Assembly: GCA_043824255.1 (NCBI GenBank)
Contig: JBDRTG010000020.1
Span: forward strand, 1 to 64,000
Length of the DNA: 64,000 bases
Direction: 5' to 3'
Source: a bacterium
Lineage (GTDB): Bacteria; JAHJDO01
Part shown: one piece after another, positions 9,219 through 19,649 of the stretch
Numbering within the stretch: position 1 is the first letter of the stretch
How the letters are laid out: each line of letters opens with the position of its first letter
Notes under the pieces: generated by a model
Databases searched by the model: none
Told to the model about the DNA's origin: nothing
The model's input: the letters and a program-made list of their open reading frames with translations, nothing else
Made by a program: the position numbers and the translations under genes

Positions 9219-10094
9219 ATGAACAAAATAAGATTTGGCATAATCGGAACAGAAAATTCTCATGTGGATCAGGCATGTAAGCGGTTTAATGTTGAAAAAA
9301 CTATGAATGGTGCATTCGTAGAAGCTCTATATCCAGGCGAAGGAGATACTTTGGATCATGTCAGACAGGTTCAAAAAGAAGGGAAAGTTCCATTACTCGT
9401 TGATAAACCGGAGGATATGCTAGGCAAAGTTGATGCAGTTATTATTATGAATAGGCATGGGAAATATCACGCTAAATATGCAAAGTTATTTCTGAAAAAT
9501 AAAATCCCAACTTTTGTTGATAAACCCATAACATGCGACTTAGAAGAAGCAAAAGAGCTTATAGAACTCAGCCATAAAACTGAGACGTGGCTCTCTTCAT
9601 GGTCAAGTGTATGGCAGACATCAAGCTTTCAGAATTTTTTTAAACAGACCACAGAGGAGTTGGGACCTATCCATTCAGGGATGGTTGGTGGCCCTTTTGA
9701 TGTTGAGAGTGAACATGGCGGGGTGTTTTTCTACGGTATACATACTGTTGAAATGCTTCTTAACGGGTTCGGATATGATGTCAAGACAGTCTCGGCAAAA
9801 CTCCATAGCAAAAACTGTTTTGTTACAACAGCGCTAAAAACTGGTAAACTCGTATCTCTTCATCTCATAGGAGAAGGTGGCGGCAAGTTTCAGGTTCTCC
9901 TGCACTGTAAAAAAGGCAGCAGGCATTTACTGGTAGATTCTTCGGACAGCTATGATAAAGCGTTTAAAAAGTTAATAGACAGCATTAATAAGAATGAAAG
10001 ACCTCTGACAGACGAGGAACTTCTCATGCCTGTCAAGGTGTTGCTTGCAATTGACAAATCAGCTAAAACAAACAAAGAAGTAGAAATAACATAA
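9219..10094 (+). CDS. Gfo/Idh/MocA family oxidoreductase (divergent N-terminus)
   Basis: SD AGGAGG; GIIGTENSH, PTFVDKP, FFYGIHTVE. Confidence 0.85.
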   Translation: MNKIRFGIIGTENSHVDQACKRFNVEKTMNGAFVEALYPGEGDTLDHVRQVQKEGKVPLLVDKPEDMLGKVDAVIIMNRHGKYHAKYAKLFLKNKIPTFVDKPITCDLEEAKELIELSHKTETWLSSWSSVWQTSSFQNFFKQTTEELGPIHSGMVGGPFDVESEHGGVFFYGIHTVEMLLNGFGYDVKTVSAKLHSKNCFVTTALKTGKLVSLHLIGEGGGKFQVLLHCKKGSRHLLVDSSDSYDKAFKKLIDSINKNERPLTDEELLMPVKVLLAIDKSAKTNKEVEIT

Positions 10095-10104
10095 AGAGAA
10101 GAAC

Positions 10105-11151
10105 ATGGCTAAGAAAAAAAATGGAGTAATTAACGTAGGCGTTGTTGGGCTTGGGAAAAGCGGATGGGGAATCCATATTTGTATGATTAGACAAGTACAG
10201 GACAAATACAAAATTGTAGCAGTTTCAGATCCTGATAAGAAGAGACAAAAGGAAGCAGCTGATGAATTTAACTGCCACACATATTCCAGAGTCGATGACT
10301 TAATAAAAGACCCTGATGTTGAACTTGTGATTGTTGCAACTCCTTCACATCTACATGCAGGTTGCAGTATTAAAGCGTTAAAAGCAGGGAAACATGTTGT
10401 GTGTGAGAAGCCAATGGCAACCAGTTTAGCTGACGCAGATAAGATGCTTAAAACCGCGAAAATGACAGGCATGATACTGGCCCCTTTCCAAAACAGGCGT
10501 TATACACCTGATTTTCTAAAGATTAAGAAGATTATTGATTCAGGGAAGTTGGGGCGTATAGTAATGATTAAACAAACATGGCATGGTTTTGGAAGACGCT
10601 GGGATTGGCAGACATTAAAGAAATTTGGTGGAGGAACACTTAACAATACTGCGCCGCATGCTATAGATGTATTATTACAGTTATTTGGAGAAAAAGACCC
10701 TGAAGAAGTATTCTGCCATCTGGAGCGGACACTGACACTTGGAGATGCTGATGATCATGTAAAGATTATACTGAAGGCAAAAGGCCAGCCAATGATTGAC
10801 CTAGAAATAACAAGTGCATGCGCATATCCTCAGGAATCTTGGCTTGTTATGGGAACACAGGGTTCTTTAGCTGGAGGAGCAAAAGAACTTCGCTGGAAAT
10901 ACTTTGATCCTAAAAAACTTCCTAATAGAAGTGTCTCCACAAAACCTGATCCAAACCGGGCATATAACAAAGAAGATATTCCATGGAAAGAGCAAACATG
11001 GAAAGTTCCAAGCGGTACATCACGAGATCCTGATTTCTATAATGACGTTTATAAAACGATTCGTAACGGGAAACCGTTATATATAACACCGGAAAGTGTC
11101 CGCAGACAGATTGCGCTGATACATAAGTGCCATAAAATGTGTCCTGTATAA
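10105..11151 (+). CDS. Gfo/Idh/MocA family oxidoreductase
   Basis: VVGLGKSG, HVVCEKPMA, FQNRRY, GGTLNNTAPHAID. Confidence 0.93.
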   Translation: MAKKKNGVINVGVVGLGKSGWGIHICMIRQVQDKYKIVAVSDPDKKRQKEAADEFNCHTYSRVDDLIKDPDVELVIVATPSHLHAGCSIKALKAGKHVVCEKPMATSLADADKMLKTAKMTGMILAPFQNRRYTPDFLKIKKIIDSGKLGRIVMIKQTWHGFGRRWDWQTLKKFGGGTLNNTAPHAIDVLLQLFGEKDPEEVFCHLERTLTLGDADDHVKIILKAKGQPMIDLEITSACAYPQESWLVMGTQGSLAGGAKELRWKYFDPKKLPNRSVSTKPDPNRAYNKEDIPWKEQTWKVPSGTSRDPDFYNDVYKTIRNGKPLYITPESVRRQIALIHKCHKMCPV

Positions 11152-11164
11152 TTATAGAATATAG

Positions 11165-12616
11165 CTAATCTACGGACCACCGTAAGTCAGGATGTCTCGC
11201 AGCTTCAACCTCATCTAGCCTTGATAAAGAAGTCTTGCATGGTGCATTTATAACCTTTTCTGGAGTATTTTCTATCTCCTGCGCTATTTTAATCATTACA
11301 TCTATGAATTCATCCAGCACTTCTTTTGTCTCTGTTTCTGTTGGCTCTATCATTAATGCCTCGTCTATAATCAAAGGGAAATACACTGTTGGAGGATGTA
11401 TGCCATAATCCAAGAGCCGTTTTGCAATATCCAGTGCTCTTACTCCTTTTTTCTTAAACCGTTGTGCAGATAAAACAAATTCATGCATGCAATTCCTGTC
11501 ATATGATACATCAAAGTGATTCTTCAATTTAGTTAACAAATAATTTGCATTAAGCACAGCATTCTCACTAACATCTCTAAGACCATCTGATCCAAGCATT
11601 CTGATATATACATATGCCTTCAATATTACCAGAAAATTACCATAGAATGAGTGTATCCTGCCTATTGATTTTGGACAATTATACTCAAAGTAGTAATTAT
11701 GCTCTCTGTTTTTCTCTATTAGAGGTACTGGTAAATATGGCTCCAGACGTTCCTTACATGATATTGGACCTGAGCCTGGACCACCGCCACCATGAGGTGT
11801 TGAAAAGGTTTTATGAAGATTATAGTGCATTATATCAAACCCCATATCACCTGGACGCACAATACCGAGTATTGCGTTCATATTTGCACCATCATAATAT
11901 AGAAGCCCGCCTTTTGAATGCATAATGTCAGATACCTCTAGAATATGCTCTTCAAACAGGCCCAATGTGTTCGGATTAGTTAACATAAGACAGGCAGCGC
12001 TCTCGTCAACAACATCCTTTAAGGATTCTACATCAATATTTCCCCTATTATCGGATTTAACCTCAACTACTTCATAACCACATAACGCAGCGCTGGCAGG
12101 ATTTGTTCCATGTGCCGAGTCTGGAACTACTACTTTAAACCTGTTTTCTTTTTTATCCTTAAAATATGCCTTTATCATCATCATTGCTGTAAGCTCACCA
12201 TGCGCGCCAGCCGCTGGTTGCATACATGTTTTTGCCATACCGCCAATCTCTGAAAGGAATTTGTCCATATGATAGAGAATGTGTAATGCTCCCTGAGATA
12301 ACTCTTCTGAGGCAAAAGGATGAACACCCCTGAAATCTATAGACTCTGCCAATTCTTCATTAATTTTTGGATTATATTTCATTGTACAAGAACCCAACGG
12401 ATACAGTTCAGAATCAACACTAAAATTATTTCTCGAAAGTCTTGTAAAATGTCTTATAACTTCTAACTCCGTAAGCTGCGGCAAGTTAGCGCCTTTCCTC
12501 CTGATAAACTTTCTGGGAACTAGTTCAGAAACATTCTGCTCAATTACATCACACAGCGGCAAAGTGTAGGCTCTTCTTCCTTCTTTCCCAAGTTCAAATA
12601 TTAATTTTTCCTTCAC
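11165..12616 (-). CDS. gcvPB: Glycine dehydrogenase (decarboxylating) subunit 2
   Basis: YPLGSCTMKYNP, QPAAGAHGE, HYNLHKTFSTPHGGGGPG, ALMIEPTETE. Confidence 0.96.
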   Translation of the reverse strand: MKEKLIFELGKEGRRAYTLPLCDVIEQNVSELVPRKFIRRKGANLPQLTELEVIRHFTRLSRNNFSVDSELYPLGSCTMKYNPKINEELAESIDFRGVHPFASEELSQGALHILYHMDKFLSEIGGMAKTCMQPAAGAHGELTAMMMIKAYFKDKKENRFKVVVPDSAHGTNPASAALCGYEVVEVKSDNRGNIDVESLKDVVDESAACLMLTNPNTLGLFEEHILEVSDIMHSKGGLLYYDGANMNAILGIVRPGDMGFDIMHYNLHKTFSTPHGGGGPGSGPISCKERLEPYLPVPLIEKNREHNYYFEYNCPKSIGRIHSFYGNFLVILKAYVYIRMLGSDGLRDVSENAVLNANYLLTKLKNHFDVSYDRNCMHEFVLSAQRFKKKGVRALDIAKRLLDYGIHPPTVYFPLIIDEALMIEPTETETKEVLDEFIDVMIKIAQEIENTPEKVINAPCKTSLSRLDEVEAARHPDLRWSVD

Positions 12617-12642
12617 TGTCAGTCTCCTATTTACGGTCTATT

Positions 12643-13554
12643 TTACATACCCCATATCTTTTGGAGAATAATGGGATAAATGTTAAGAAGCTTGTCTCCA
12701 TATAATATGGATAAAATTGCTCCAAGAACAATATATGGACCAAATGGTATCGCGGTTCCTCTTCTACGATTCAATTGATGAGTCAAGCTCTTAGCGGGAA
12801 CTATGAAATAAAGTTGTCTTTTTGTGAGGCCACTATTCTTTCTTTTTATTCTCTTAAGTGTTGCACCTACTCTTTCTATCGCTACTATAATGAGAAAGCT
12901 TACTCCAAAAAATGCACCTGCAAGAAATGATATAAAAAGAGTCATTAAAGTATATTGCCATCCAATAAATGCTCCTATCATTGCTATTAACTTGATATCC
13001 CCCCCTCCCATTGCCTCCTTTTTAAAAATAAACCAGCCAAAAAAAGCAACACATGTAAGACTTAATCCACCAAATAAAGCCCCTCCTAAGGATCTTAGGA
13101 AAGCTTCAAGATTTGACGCTGAATTCATTAATGGAGGATAAAGGAAGCTTACTAAAAGCGCGAATGCAATTCCAAAAAGAGAAAAGAAATCAGGAATAAG
13201 CATCCACTCAATATCTATAAAAGAAACAACTATAAATATTGCAAAAAGAAGTGAATATATAAAAAATATGACACTAATGCCGAATTTAAAATACAGTAAC
13301 AATAATAGCACTCCTGTAAGAATCTCAACAATAAAATACTGCGCAGATATTCTCTCCTTACAAAACCTGCACCTGCCTCTAAGGAGAATATAGCTTATTA
13401 ATGGAATATTATCGAACCATTTTATACTCTTACTGCATCTTGGACATAGGGACGGAGGAGATACTACAGACTTTTGCCTGGGGATTCGATAAATACATAC
13501 ATTTAAAAAACTGCCTATACATAAACTAAATATTAGGACAAAAAAAACTATCAT
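12643..13554 (-). CDS. pilD: Prepilin peptidase / N-methyltransferase
   Basis: GSFLNVCIYRIP, two CxxC pairs, FIDIE, MGGGDIKL, IPFGPY. Confidence 0.95.
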   Translation of the reverse strand: MIVFFVLIFSLCIGSFLNVCIYRIPRQKSVVSPPSLCPRCSKSIKWFDNIPLISYILLRGRCRFCKERISAQYFIVEILTGVLLLLLYFKFGISVIFFIYSLLFAIFIVVSFIDIEWMLIPDFFSLFGIAFALLVSFLYPPLMNSASNLEAFLRSLGGALFGGLSLTCVAFFGWFIFKKEAMGGGDIKLIAMIGAFIGWQYTLMTLFISFLAGAFFGVSFLIIVAIERVGATLKRIKRKNSGLTKRQLYFIVPAKSLTHQLNRRRGTAIPFGPYIVLGAILSILYGDKLLNIYPIILQKIWGM

Positions 13555-13600
13555 TATTCAAAAGAATTTTCGGGGCTTCCGAGAGCTAAACTGTTACTTT

Positions 13601-15226
13601 CTATTTGCTTTTAACTTCTTCTTTTTTAGTTTTGGTCTCTTCGGGTTTTACTTTTTCTTTTTCCGGTTTATCGCTAGATTCTTTTATGCTTAGACCTATT
13701 TTTCTTCCTTGTAAATCAATTTTAACTATTCTAGCGGTGATTCTCGTGCCAATTTCATATTTCTTCTCTAAATTTTCTCCTTCTGACAGTTCTGAAACGT
13801 GAATCAAACCTTCTACTCCTCGCTCAAGCTCAACAAAAATGCCAAACTTAGTTATCTTTATTACTCCACACTCTACATCCATCCCATCTTTATATTTATC
13901 AGATAACTCTTCCCAAGGATCAGAAGTAAACTGTTTTACACCTAGAGATATTTTTCTATTATCAGAGTCTATAGATAACACAACAACTTCTATCTCATCA
14001 TCTTTCTTAAACATTTTCGACGGATTATTTGCTCTTGTAGACCATGATAAATCTGAGATATGTACCAGACCATCTATCCCTTCTTCTATTTCAACAAACA
14101 CGCCATAATCAGTTATGTTTCTAATTATGCCTTTAATCTTTGCTCCAACAGGATATTTTTCTTCTACCTTTTCCCATGGATTTGCTTCCAACTGTTTTAT
14201 CCCTAAAGAGATTTTTTCCTCTCCCTTTTCAAGACTTAAAACAATAGCTTCTACTACATCTCCCATATTTACAACCTCAGAGGGATGCATAATCTTTTTA
14301 GTCCATGACATCTGAGATATATGCATTAAGCCCTCTATCCCTTCTTCTAATTCAACAAAAGCCCCATAAGCAGTAATATTCACTACTTTTCCCTTAACCT
14401 TTGAACCAATAGGATATTTTTTATCTATGTCTAACCATGGATTGGTAGTTTTTTGCTTTAGACCAAGAGATACTCTATTCTTTTCTTTATCAATTGACAA
14501 AATTATAACTTCTATCTCCTGTCCAAGAGAAAGCATATCTGAAGGATGCGATATGCGCCCCCATGATATATCTGTTATATGAAGTAATCCATCTATTCCT
14601 CCAAGGTCAACAAAGGCTCCAAAATCTGTTATATTTTTAATGAATCCTTTTCTAATCTGTCCTTCTTTTAGCTCTTCAAAAAGTTTTTCTCTATCCTCTA
14701 CTTGTGTCTTCTTAAACAATGCTTTACGAGAAAGAACAACATTTCTACGCATTTTATTCAATTTTATAATCTTAAACTCTAAATCTTTATTAAGCATATT
14801 TTCAAAATCGGCAATTATCTTGATGTCTGACTGTGAAGTAGGTAAGAATCCCTCAACTCCGATATCTACAGAAAACCCACCTTTTATCCTTTTTATCAGT
14901 TTGCCTGTAACACTTTTTTCTTCCGAAAACGCTGCCACGATCTCGTTCCAAAACTTCATTTGGCCAGCCTTTTCTTTTGATAAGACTACTGAGCCTGATT
15001 CGTCTTCAATTTTCTCAAGTAAAACTTCAGTCTCATCTCCAACCTTTAGCTTAGACGCATCCTTAAATTCATCAATGGGGATTACTCCTTCAGATTTATA
15101 CCCTATATCCACCACTACCTCATTTCGTCCAATTTCAATAATTTTCCCCTTTATAACATCCCCCTTTTTTATATTTCTGAAACTCTGCTCATATAATGCT
15201 TCTAAATCTTCCTTAGTCTTCTGCAT
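13601..15226 (-). CDS. rpsA: 30S ribosomal protein S1
   Basis: Six S1 repeats (DIGYKSEG, FGAFVDLGGIDGLLHITD...). SD AGGAGG precedes ATG at 15226. Confidence 0.97.
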   Translation of the reverse strand: MQKTKEDLEALYEQSFRNIKKGDVIKGKIIEIGRNEVVVDIGYKSEGVIPIDEFKDASKLKVGDETEVLLEKIEDESGSVVLSKEKAGQMKFWNEIVAAFSEEKSVTGKLIKRIKGGFSVDIGVEGFLPTSQSDIKIIADFENMLNKDLEFKIIKLNKMRRNVVLSRKALFKKTQVEDREKLFEELKEGQIRKGFIKNITDFGAFVDLGGIDGLLHITDISWGRISHPSDMLSLGQEIEVIILSIDKEKNRVSLGLKQKTTNPWLDIDKKYPIGSKVKGKVVNITAYGAFVELEEGIEGLMHISQMSWTKKIMHPSEVVNMGDVVEAIVLSLEKGEEKISLGIKQLEANPWEKVEEKYPVGAKIKGIIRNITDYGVFVEIEEGIDGLVHISDLSWSTRANNPSKMFKKDDEIEVVVLSIDSDNRKISLGVKQFTSDPWEELSDKYKDGMDVECGVIKITKFGIFVELERGVEGLIHVSELSEGENLEKKYEIGTRITARIVKIDLQGRKIGLSIKESSDKPEKEKVKPEETKTKKEEVKSK

Positions 15227-15299
15227 TAAATTAAAATCCTCCTTGTTTTCTCTAGATTTCTCAAAATTCGTTTTCATAAAATAGCAGACTGTTTCCCTA

Positions 15300-15908
15300 T
15301 TAGCAAGCAATATTTTCTTTTAAACGATTTATAGACTCCATTACTTGAGCGCTTATTCTTCGATAGTTATTCTTATTTGGGTCTTTACTATTAGGCATAA
15401 TTGGCTTGCCAAATATAACTCTAATCTTCTTTGGATGTATCCATTTTCCGTCTTTAGGAAAAGCCTTTATTGCCCCATCTATATATGCAGGTACAATGGG
15501 AACATCCGCTTTTAAAGCAAGCATACCTACACCTATCTTTCCTTGCCCTAGTTTTCCATCTATACTTCTTGTTCCTTCCGGAAATAGAATGATAGCCTTT
15601 TTAGCATTTAGGGCTTTAATTAATTCTTTAAATGTAGAAATGCTTACCTGCTCACGCCTTACAGGGATAGTATGCAGGGCTCTGATTAGCAAGCCAAATA
15701 TAGGAATATCAAACAAACTTTGTTTTGTCAGGTAATAAGTTGCCCTGGATATCCCAACACCTACAATAACAGGGTCCAGGAAACTGCTATGATTTGAAGC
15801 CACTAACACCCCCCCTTTTTTAGGAACATTATCAGCGCCCTTTACTTCCAATCTGAAATAAATCTTACAGAAAATATATGAAATTAATTTGGCTACTGTA
15901 TATATCAT
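15300..15908 (-). CDS. plsC: 1-acyl-sn-glycerol-3-phosphate acyltransferase
   Basis: NHSSFLDP and FPEGTRS motifs; located between cmk and rpsA. Confidence 0.93.
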   Translation of the reverse strand: MIYTVAKLISYIFCKIYFRLEVKGADNVPKKGGVLVASNHSSFLDPVIVGVGISRATYYLTKQSLFDIPIFGLLIRALHTIPVRREQVSISTFKELIKALNAKKAIILFPEGTRSIDGKLGQGKIGVGMLALKADVPIVPAYIDGAIKAFPKDGKWIHPKKIRVIFGKPIMPNSKDPNKNNYRRISAQVMESINRLKENIAC

Positions 15909-16573
15909 TTTATATAGGATATGACTGTTTCTGCTTCTTCTTCCAAACTCATTCCTGTTGAGTCAATAACAATAGCATCCTCTGCTTTTCTTAAAGGTGC
16001 TATTTTTCTTGTCAAATCTTTTTTGTCTCGCATTTTTATATCTTTTGAGAGTTCTGATTCCACAATTTGCTGGCCATTTTGTTCTAACTCTTTCCTGCGC
16101 CTTTTCACACGCTCCTCAAAAGAAGCATCCAGATAAAACTTATAGTCTGCATCAGGCAATATAACCGTTGTGATATCTCGTCCTTCCATTACGACATCGC
16201 CTTTTTCTGCAATTTTCCTCTGCAGCCTCTTCATGCACTCTCTTACTCCTTCTGCTCTGGCAAGATAAAAGACATTATTTGTTACATTAGTCCCTCTTAT
16301 TTTTTCTGTTACATCTTGTCCATCAAGTAAGACAACAGTTTTTTCTTCCTGATGAATTAGCTCAATTTCTGTATTATGTGCAAGCTCTACTAATGCTATC
16401 TCTTTTTTTATATTAACGCCATTTTCAATAGCCTTAAGTGTAAGCGCTCTATACATAGCTCCTGTATCTACATACAAAAGTCCCAATCTTTTTGCAATAA
16501 TCTTTGAAACGCTGCTTTTACCTGAACCAGCAGGCCCATCAATAGCTATAGTTATCTTATTTCTCAATTTCAA
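15905..16573 (-). CDS. cmk: Cytidylate kinase
   Basis: IAIDGPAGSGKS, DTGAMYRA, MEGRDI. Confidence 0.97.
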   Translation of the reverse strand: MKLRNKITIAIDGPAGSGKSSVSKIIAKRLGLLYVDTGAMYRALTLKAIENGVNIKKEIALVELAHNTEIELIHQEEKTVVLLDGQDVTEKIRGTNVTNNVFYLARAEGVRECMKRLQRKIAEKGDVVMEGRDITTVILPDADYKFYLDASFEERVKRRRKELEQNGQQIVESELSKDIKMRDKKDLTRKIAPLRKAEDAIVIDSTGMSLEEEAETVISYIK

Positions 16574-17912
16574 TCGTCCCTTTAGGAGTTATTTTTCCCA
16601 ATATTTCTATAAAATCAGGGAAAGATGTATTAATACAATCTGTATTAAATATCTTTGTTGTACCCTTTGCCATAAGTCCCATGATAATCCCGGTCATAGC
16701 TATTCTATGATCTCCAAGGCTGTTACATACGTCCCCGGGAAAGATTTTAGGTTTCATATCTTGCTCTCCTGGAATAACCAATCTTTTAGAACTGCAATCA
16801 TTGAGCTTCATTCCAAAGTAGTGAAACAGATCATGAATTGCCATGAGCCTATTGCTTTCTTTAACTTTCAATTCAGAGACTCCTTTAATTACAGTTTCTC
16901 CACGCGCTCTAGCGGCAGCAACTGTAATTATTGGAATTTCATCAATTATTCTTGGAATTTGATCTGGTTCAATAGTAATTCCATTAAGCCTGCTGCTTTT
17001 AACAAGAATATCTGCCCGAGGCTCTTCTGCGATTGTCTTTTCGTTTTTCAATTCTATATTTGCCCCCATTCTTTTCATTACATCAATTATACCTGTCCGT
17101 GTAGGATTCACTCCTGCGTTCTTTATTGTAATTTCTGATCTTTTCAAACATGAAGCGGCTACAATAAAAAATGAGGCAGAAGAAATATCTCCGGGAACAA
17201 CTATATCTTTAGCCCTCAATAGAGAGTTACCGTCTATTGATACTCCGTATCCTTCTCCTACTTCTTCTTCTATCTCAAGATTCACTCCAAAATATTTAAG
17301 CATTCTTTCAGTATGATCCCGCGATTTAAAACGTTCAAAAACAGAAGTTTTACCTTTTGCATATAAACCTGCTAAAAGAATTGCAGATTTCACCTGCGCG
17401 CTTGCAACTAAAACTGACTTATGTTCTATCCCTGAAAGGGCTCCCCCCGAAACAACAAGAGGAGCATAATTAGCATCGTCTTTACCTGTAATCTTAGCCC
17501 CCATTCTTCTCAATGGCTCTGTAACCCTTTTCATAGGTCTCTTGCAAAGAGAATCATCCCCTGTAATTCTTGAAGTAAATTTCTGACCTGCAAGAACTCC
17601 GAGCATAAGTCTCATTGTTGTTCCAGAGTTACCTGCGTATAAGTCTCCATTGGGTTCTTTCAGTCCATGGAGACCATCCGAAGTTATCACTACTTCATTT
17701 CCCGTTACAGCTATATCAACACCCAGCTGCCTGAGGATTTCAACAGTTCTCATGCAATCTTCACTTTCAAGGAACCCTGTTATTCTTGTTGTTCCTTTTG
17801 CCAGAGAGCCAAGAATAACTGCTCTGTGAGAAATTGATTTATCTCCGGGAACATAAATGGTACCGGATAATTTATTTACGGGTTTTACTATTGCTAAGGA
17901 CACAATCCGCAT
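16557..17912 (-). CDS. aroA: 3-phosphoshikimate 1-carboxyvinyltransferase
   Basis: PGDKSISHRA, GNSGTTMR, SAQVKSA, RDHTERML, DHRIAM. Start placed at ATG 17912, after GGAGG. Confidence 0.96.
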   Translation of the reverse strand: MRIVSLAIVKPVNKLSGTIYVPGDKSISHRAVILGSLAKGTTRITGFLESEDCMRTVEILRQLGVDIAVTGNEVVITSDGLHGLKEPNGDLYAGNSGTTMRLMLGVLAGQKFTSRITGDDSLCKRPMKRVTEPLRRMGAKITGKDDANYAPLVVSGGALSGIEHKSVLVASAQVKSAILLAGLYAKGKTSVFERFKSRDHTERMLKYFGVNLEIEEEVGEGYGVSIDGNSLLRAKDIVVPGDISSASFFIVAASCLKRSEITIKNAGVNPTRTGIIDVMKRMGANIELKNEKTIAEEPRADILVKSSRLNGITIEPDQIPRIIDEIPIITVAAARARGETVIKGVSELKVKESNRLMAIHDLFHYFGMKLNDCSSKRLVIPGEQDMKPKIFPGDVCNSLGDHRIAMTGIIMGLMAKGTTKIFNTDCINTSFPDFIEILGKITPKGTIEIEK

Positions 17913-18020
17913 GCCTCGCCTCCCAGCAAACACTCTCCTGTCTCTCTTACGACGCACTGAAGCTGGTCGGCTCAACATACAATTTGTATCCTTTCACTAT
18001 TTCGATGGTCTTAGCTTATT

Positions 18021-18887
18021 TTACTTCAAACTAGTTCTAAGAGATTTTGCTTTTTCAAGCTCTTTAGTCAGTCCTTCTCTGTCAGATTTGTTTATTAATT
18101 TGTATATCTTATCCAGTTCTCTTTGGAATCTCGATAAAGCATCTAAGATATTCTTTTTATTTGTTATACATATCTCCTGCCACATTTGAGGAGAACTTGA
18201 AGCAATTCTGGTTGTGTCCTTGAACCCTTTTCCAATGACAAGTTTTAAATCTTTATCTACCGTCTCTGTTTTGCCCATAGCATTAACAAGTGATACAGCC
18301 GCTATATGAGGCAGATGACTTGTAAGAGCGACCAGCTTATCATGCTGACTTGGTGAGAAAAGCACAACATTGGCTCCTATTTTATTCCATAGCTTTTTAA
18401 CTTTTAGGAGCGCATCTTTATTTGTTTTTGAGGTTTTTGTAATCACACACACTGCTCCATTAAACAATCTATGGGTTGCCACATCAACACCGTGCCTTTC
18501 TAAACCAGCTATTGGATGCGTTCCAACAAAATGTATTCCATTAGGGAGTATTCCCTGCATCTTCTTACAAAACAGTTCTTTGGTACTTTCTACGTCAGTA
18601 ACCACTGCGTCTCTTTTTAAAAAAGGTGCTATTCTTTTTGCAACTTCAATAGAAGATTTTATATGCATTGACAGAATTACCAGGTCTGCATCCTTCACTT
18701 CTTTGATATAATCAGTTGTAACTCTATCAACTGCTCCCGCTAAAACAGCTCTTCTAAGTCTCCTAATATCTCTGCCAATACCAATAACCTCATCAGCTAA
18801 CCCATTCTTTTTAATCGCCATACCTACAGAACCGCCAATAAGTCCAACACCAAATATGCAGACCTTGTTAAATAGTTTCTTTTTCAT
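18021..18887 (-). CDS. tyrA: Prephenate dehydrogenase
   Basis: GVGLIGGS, HPIAG, HD...TSHLPH, FKDTTRIASS. Confidence 0.94.
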   Translation of the reverse strand: MKKKLFNKVCIFGVGLIGGSVGMAIKKNGLADEVIGIGRDIRRLRRAVLAGAVDRVTTDYIKEVKDADLVILSMHIKSSIEVAKRIAPFLKRDAVVTDVESTKELFCKKMQGILPNGIHFVGTHPIAGLERHGVDVATHRLFNGAVCVITKTSKTNKDALLKVKKLWNKIGANVVLFSPSQHDKLVALTSHLPHIAAVSLVNAMGKTETVDKDLKLVIGKGFKDTTRIASSSPQMWQEICITNKKNILDALSRFQRELDKIYKLINKSDREGLTKELEKAKSLRTSLK

Positions 18888-19495
18888 TTTTTTATTACTC
18901 TTCTCCCCACAATCTTTACCTTACCATTTATAACCCTATCAATAGCCTCTGGATAAATTCTATGTTCTTCTTTGAGGATGCGCTGAGACAGAGTTTTCTC
19001 AGTATCATTATCAAGCACAGGAACAACTGCTTGTAGAATTATAGTACCTGTATCACAACCTTCATCAACAAAATGCACTGTGCAGCCAGAGTATTTCACT
19101 CCATATTCCAGCGCTTTTTTCTGCACGCCCAATCCTGGAAAAGAAGGTAACAGCGCAGGGTGAATATTTAACATTTTATTTCTATACTCATTTATCAGTA
19201 ATAAAGGAATTATTCTCATAAATCCCGCAAGAATCACATATTCAACATTATTCTCTTCCAAAGTCTTTGCTATTTCATCAAAAAATCCACTGCGGTCTTT
19301 AAAATCTTTCGGATTAACAAAACACGTTTTTATATTATACTTTCTTACCCTTTCCAGAGCATACGCATCCCCTACATCACTTATAACAACAGCTATTTCC
19401 GCATTCAATTTTCCTTTTTCAATATTATCAATAATAGATTGAAGATTGGATCCTCTGCCTGAAACCAAAACTCCTAATTTCGCATTCTTTATCAT
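18884..19495 (-). CDS. purN: Phosphoribosylglycinamide formyltransferase
   Basis: SGRGSNLQ, LAGFMRI, NIHPALLPSFPG, GCTVHFVD. Confidence 0.97.
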   Translation of the reverse strand: MIKNAKLGVLVSGRGSNLQSIIDNIEKGKLNAEIAVVISDVGDAYALERVRKYNIKTCFVNPKDFKDRSGFFDEIAKTLEENNVEYVILAGFMRIIPLLLINEYRNKMLNIHPALLPSFPGLGVQKKALEYGVKYSGCTVHFVDEGCDTGTIILQAVVPVLDNDTEKTLSQRILKEEHRIYPEAIDRVINGKVKIVGRRVIKK

Positions 19496-19503
19496 GGTTT
19501 TTG

Positions 19504-19532
19504 ATTATATCTCATGGATTACAATAAATCAA
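19504..19532 (-). promoter_or_regulatory. Sigma70-type promoter for purN (leaderless-type)
   Basis: TTGATT-17-TATAAT ending 8 nt before the ATG; no SD. Confidence 0.65.
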
Positions 19533-19649
19533 ATGATGCCTCACCTTTTTTATGTATTTTTATTGATGTTTTAAACAATTTGAGCTATCGTAATTCTAAG
19601 ATAGAAGTAAACATTCAATGATTAATGTTAGCAGCTAATAGGAGGAAGA

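Noticed and set aside
13555..13600. Possible terminator between rpsA and pilD
   Set aside because: Only a 4-bp stem and a displaced T-run.
13601..15226. Internal repeats in rpsA
   Set aside because: Ordinary S1-domain repetition.
17913..18020. GC-richer tyrA-aroA spacer with CCAGC...GCTGG complementarity (possible RNA element)
   Set aside because: The stem is short and matches no riboswitch or leader that I recognise.
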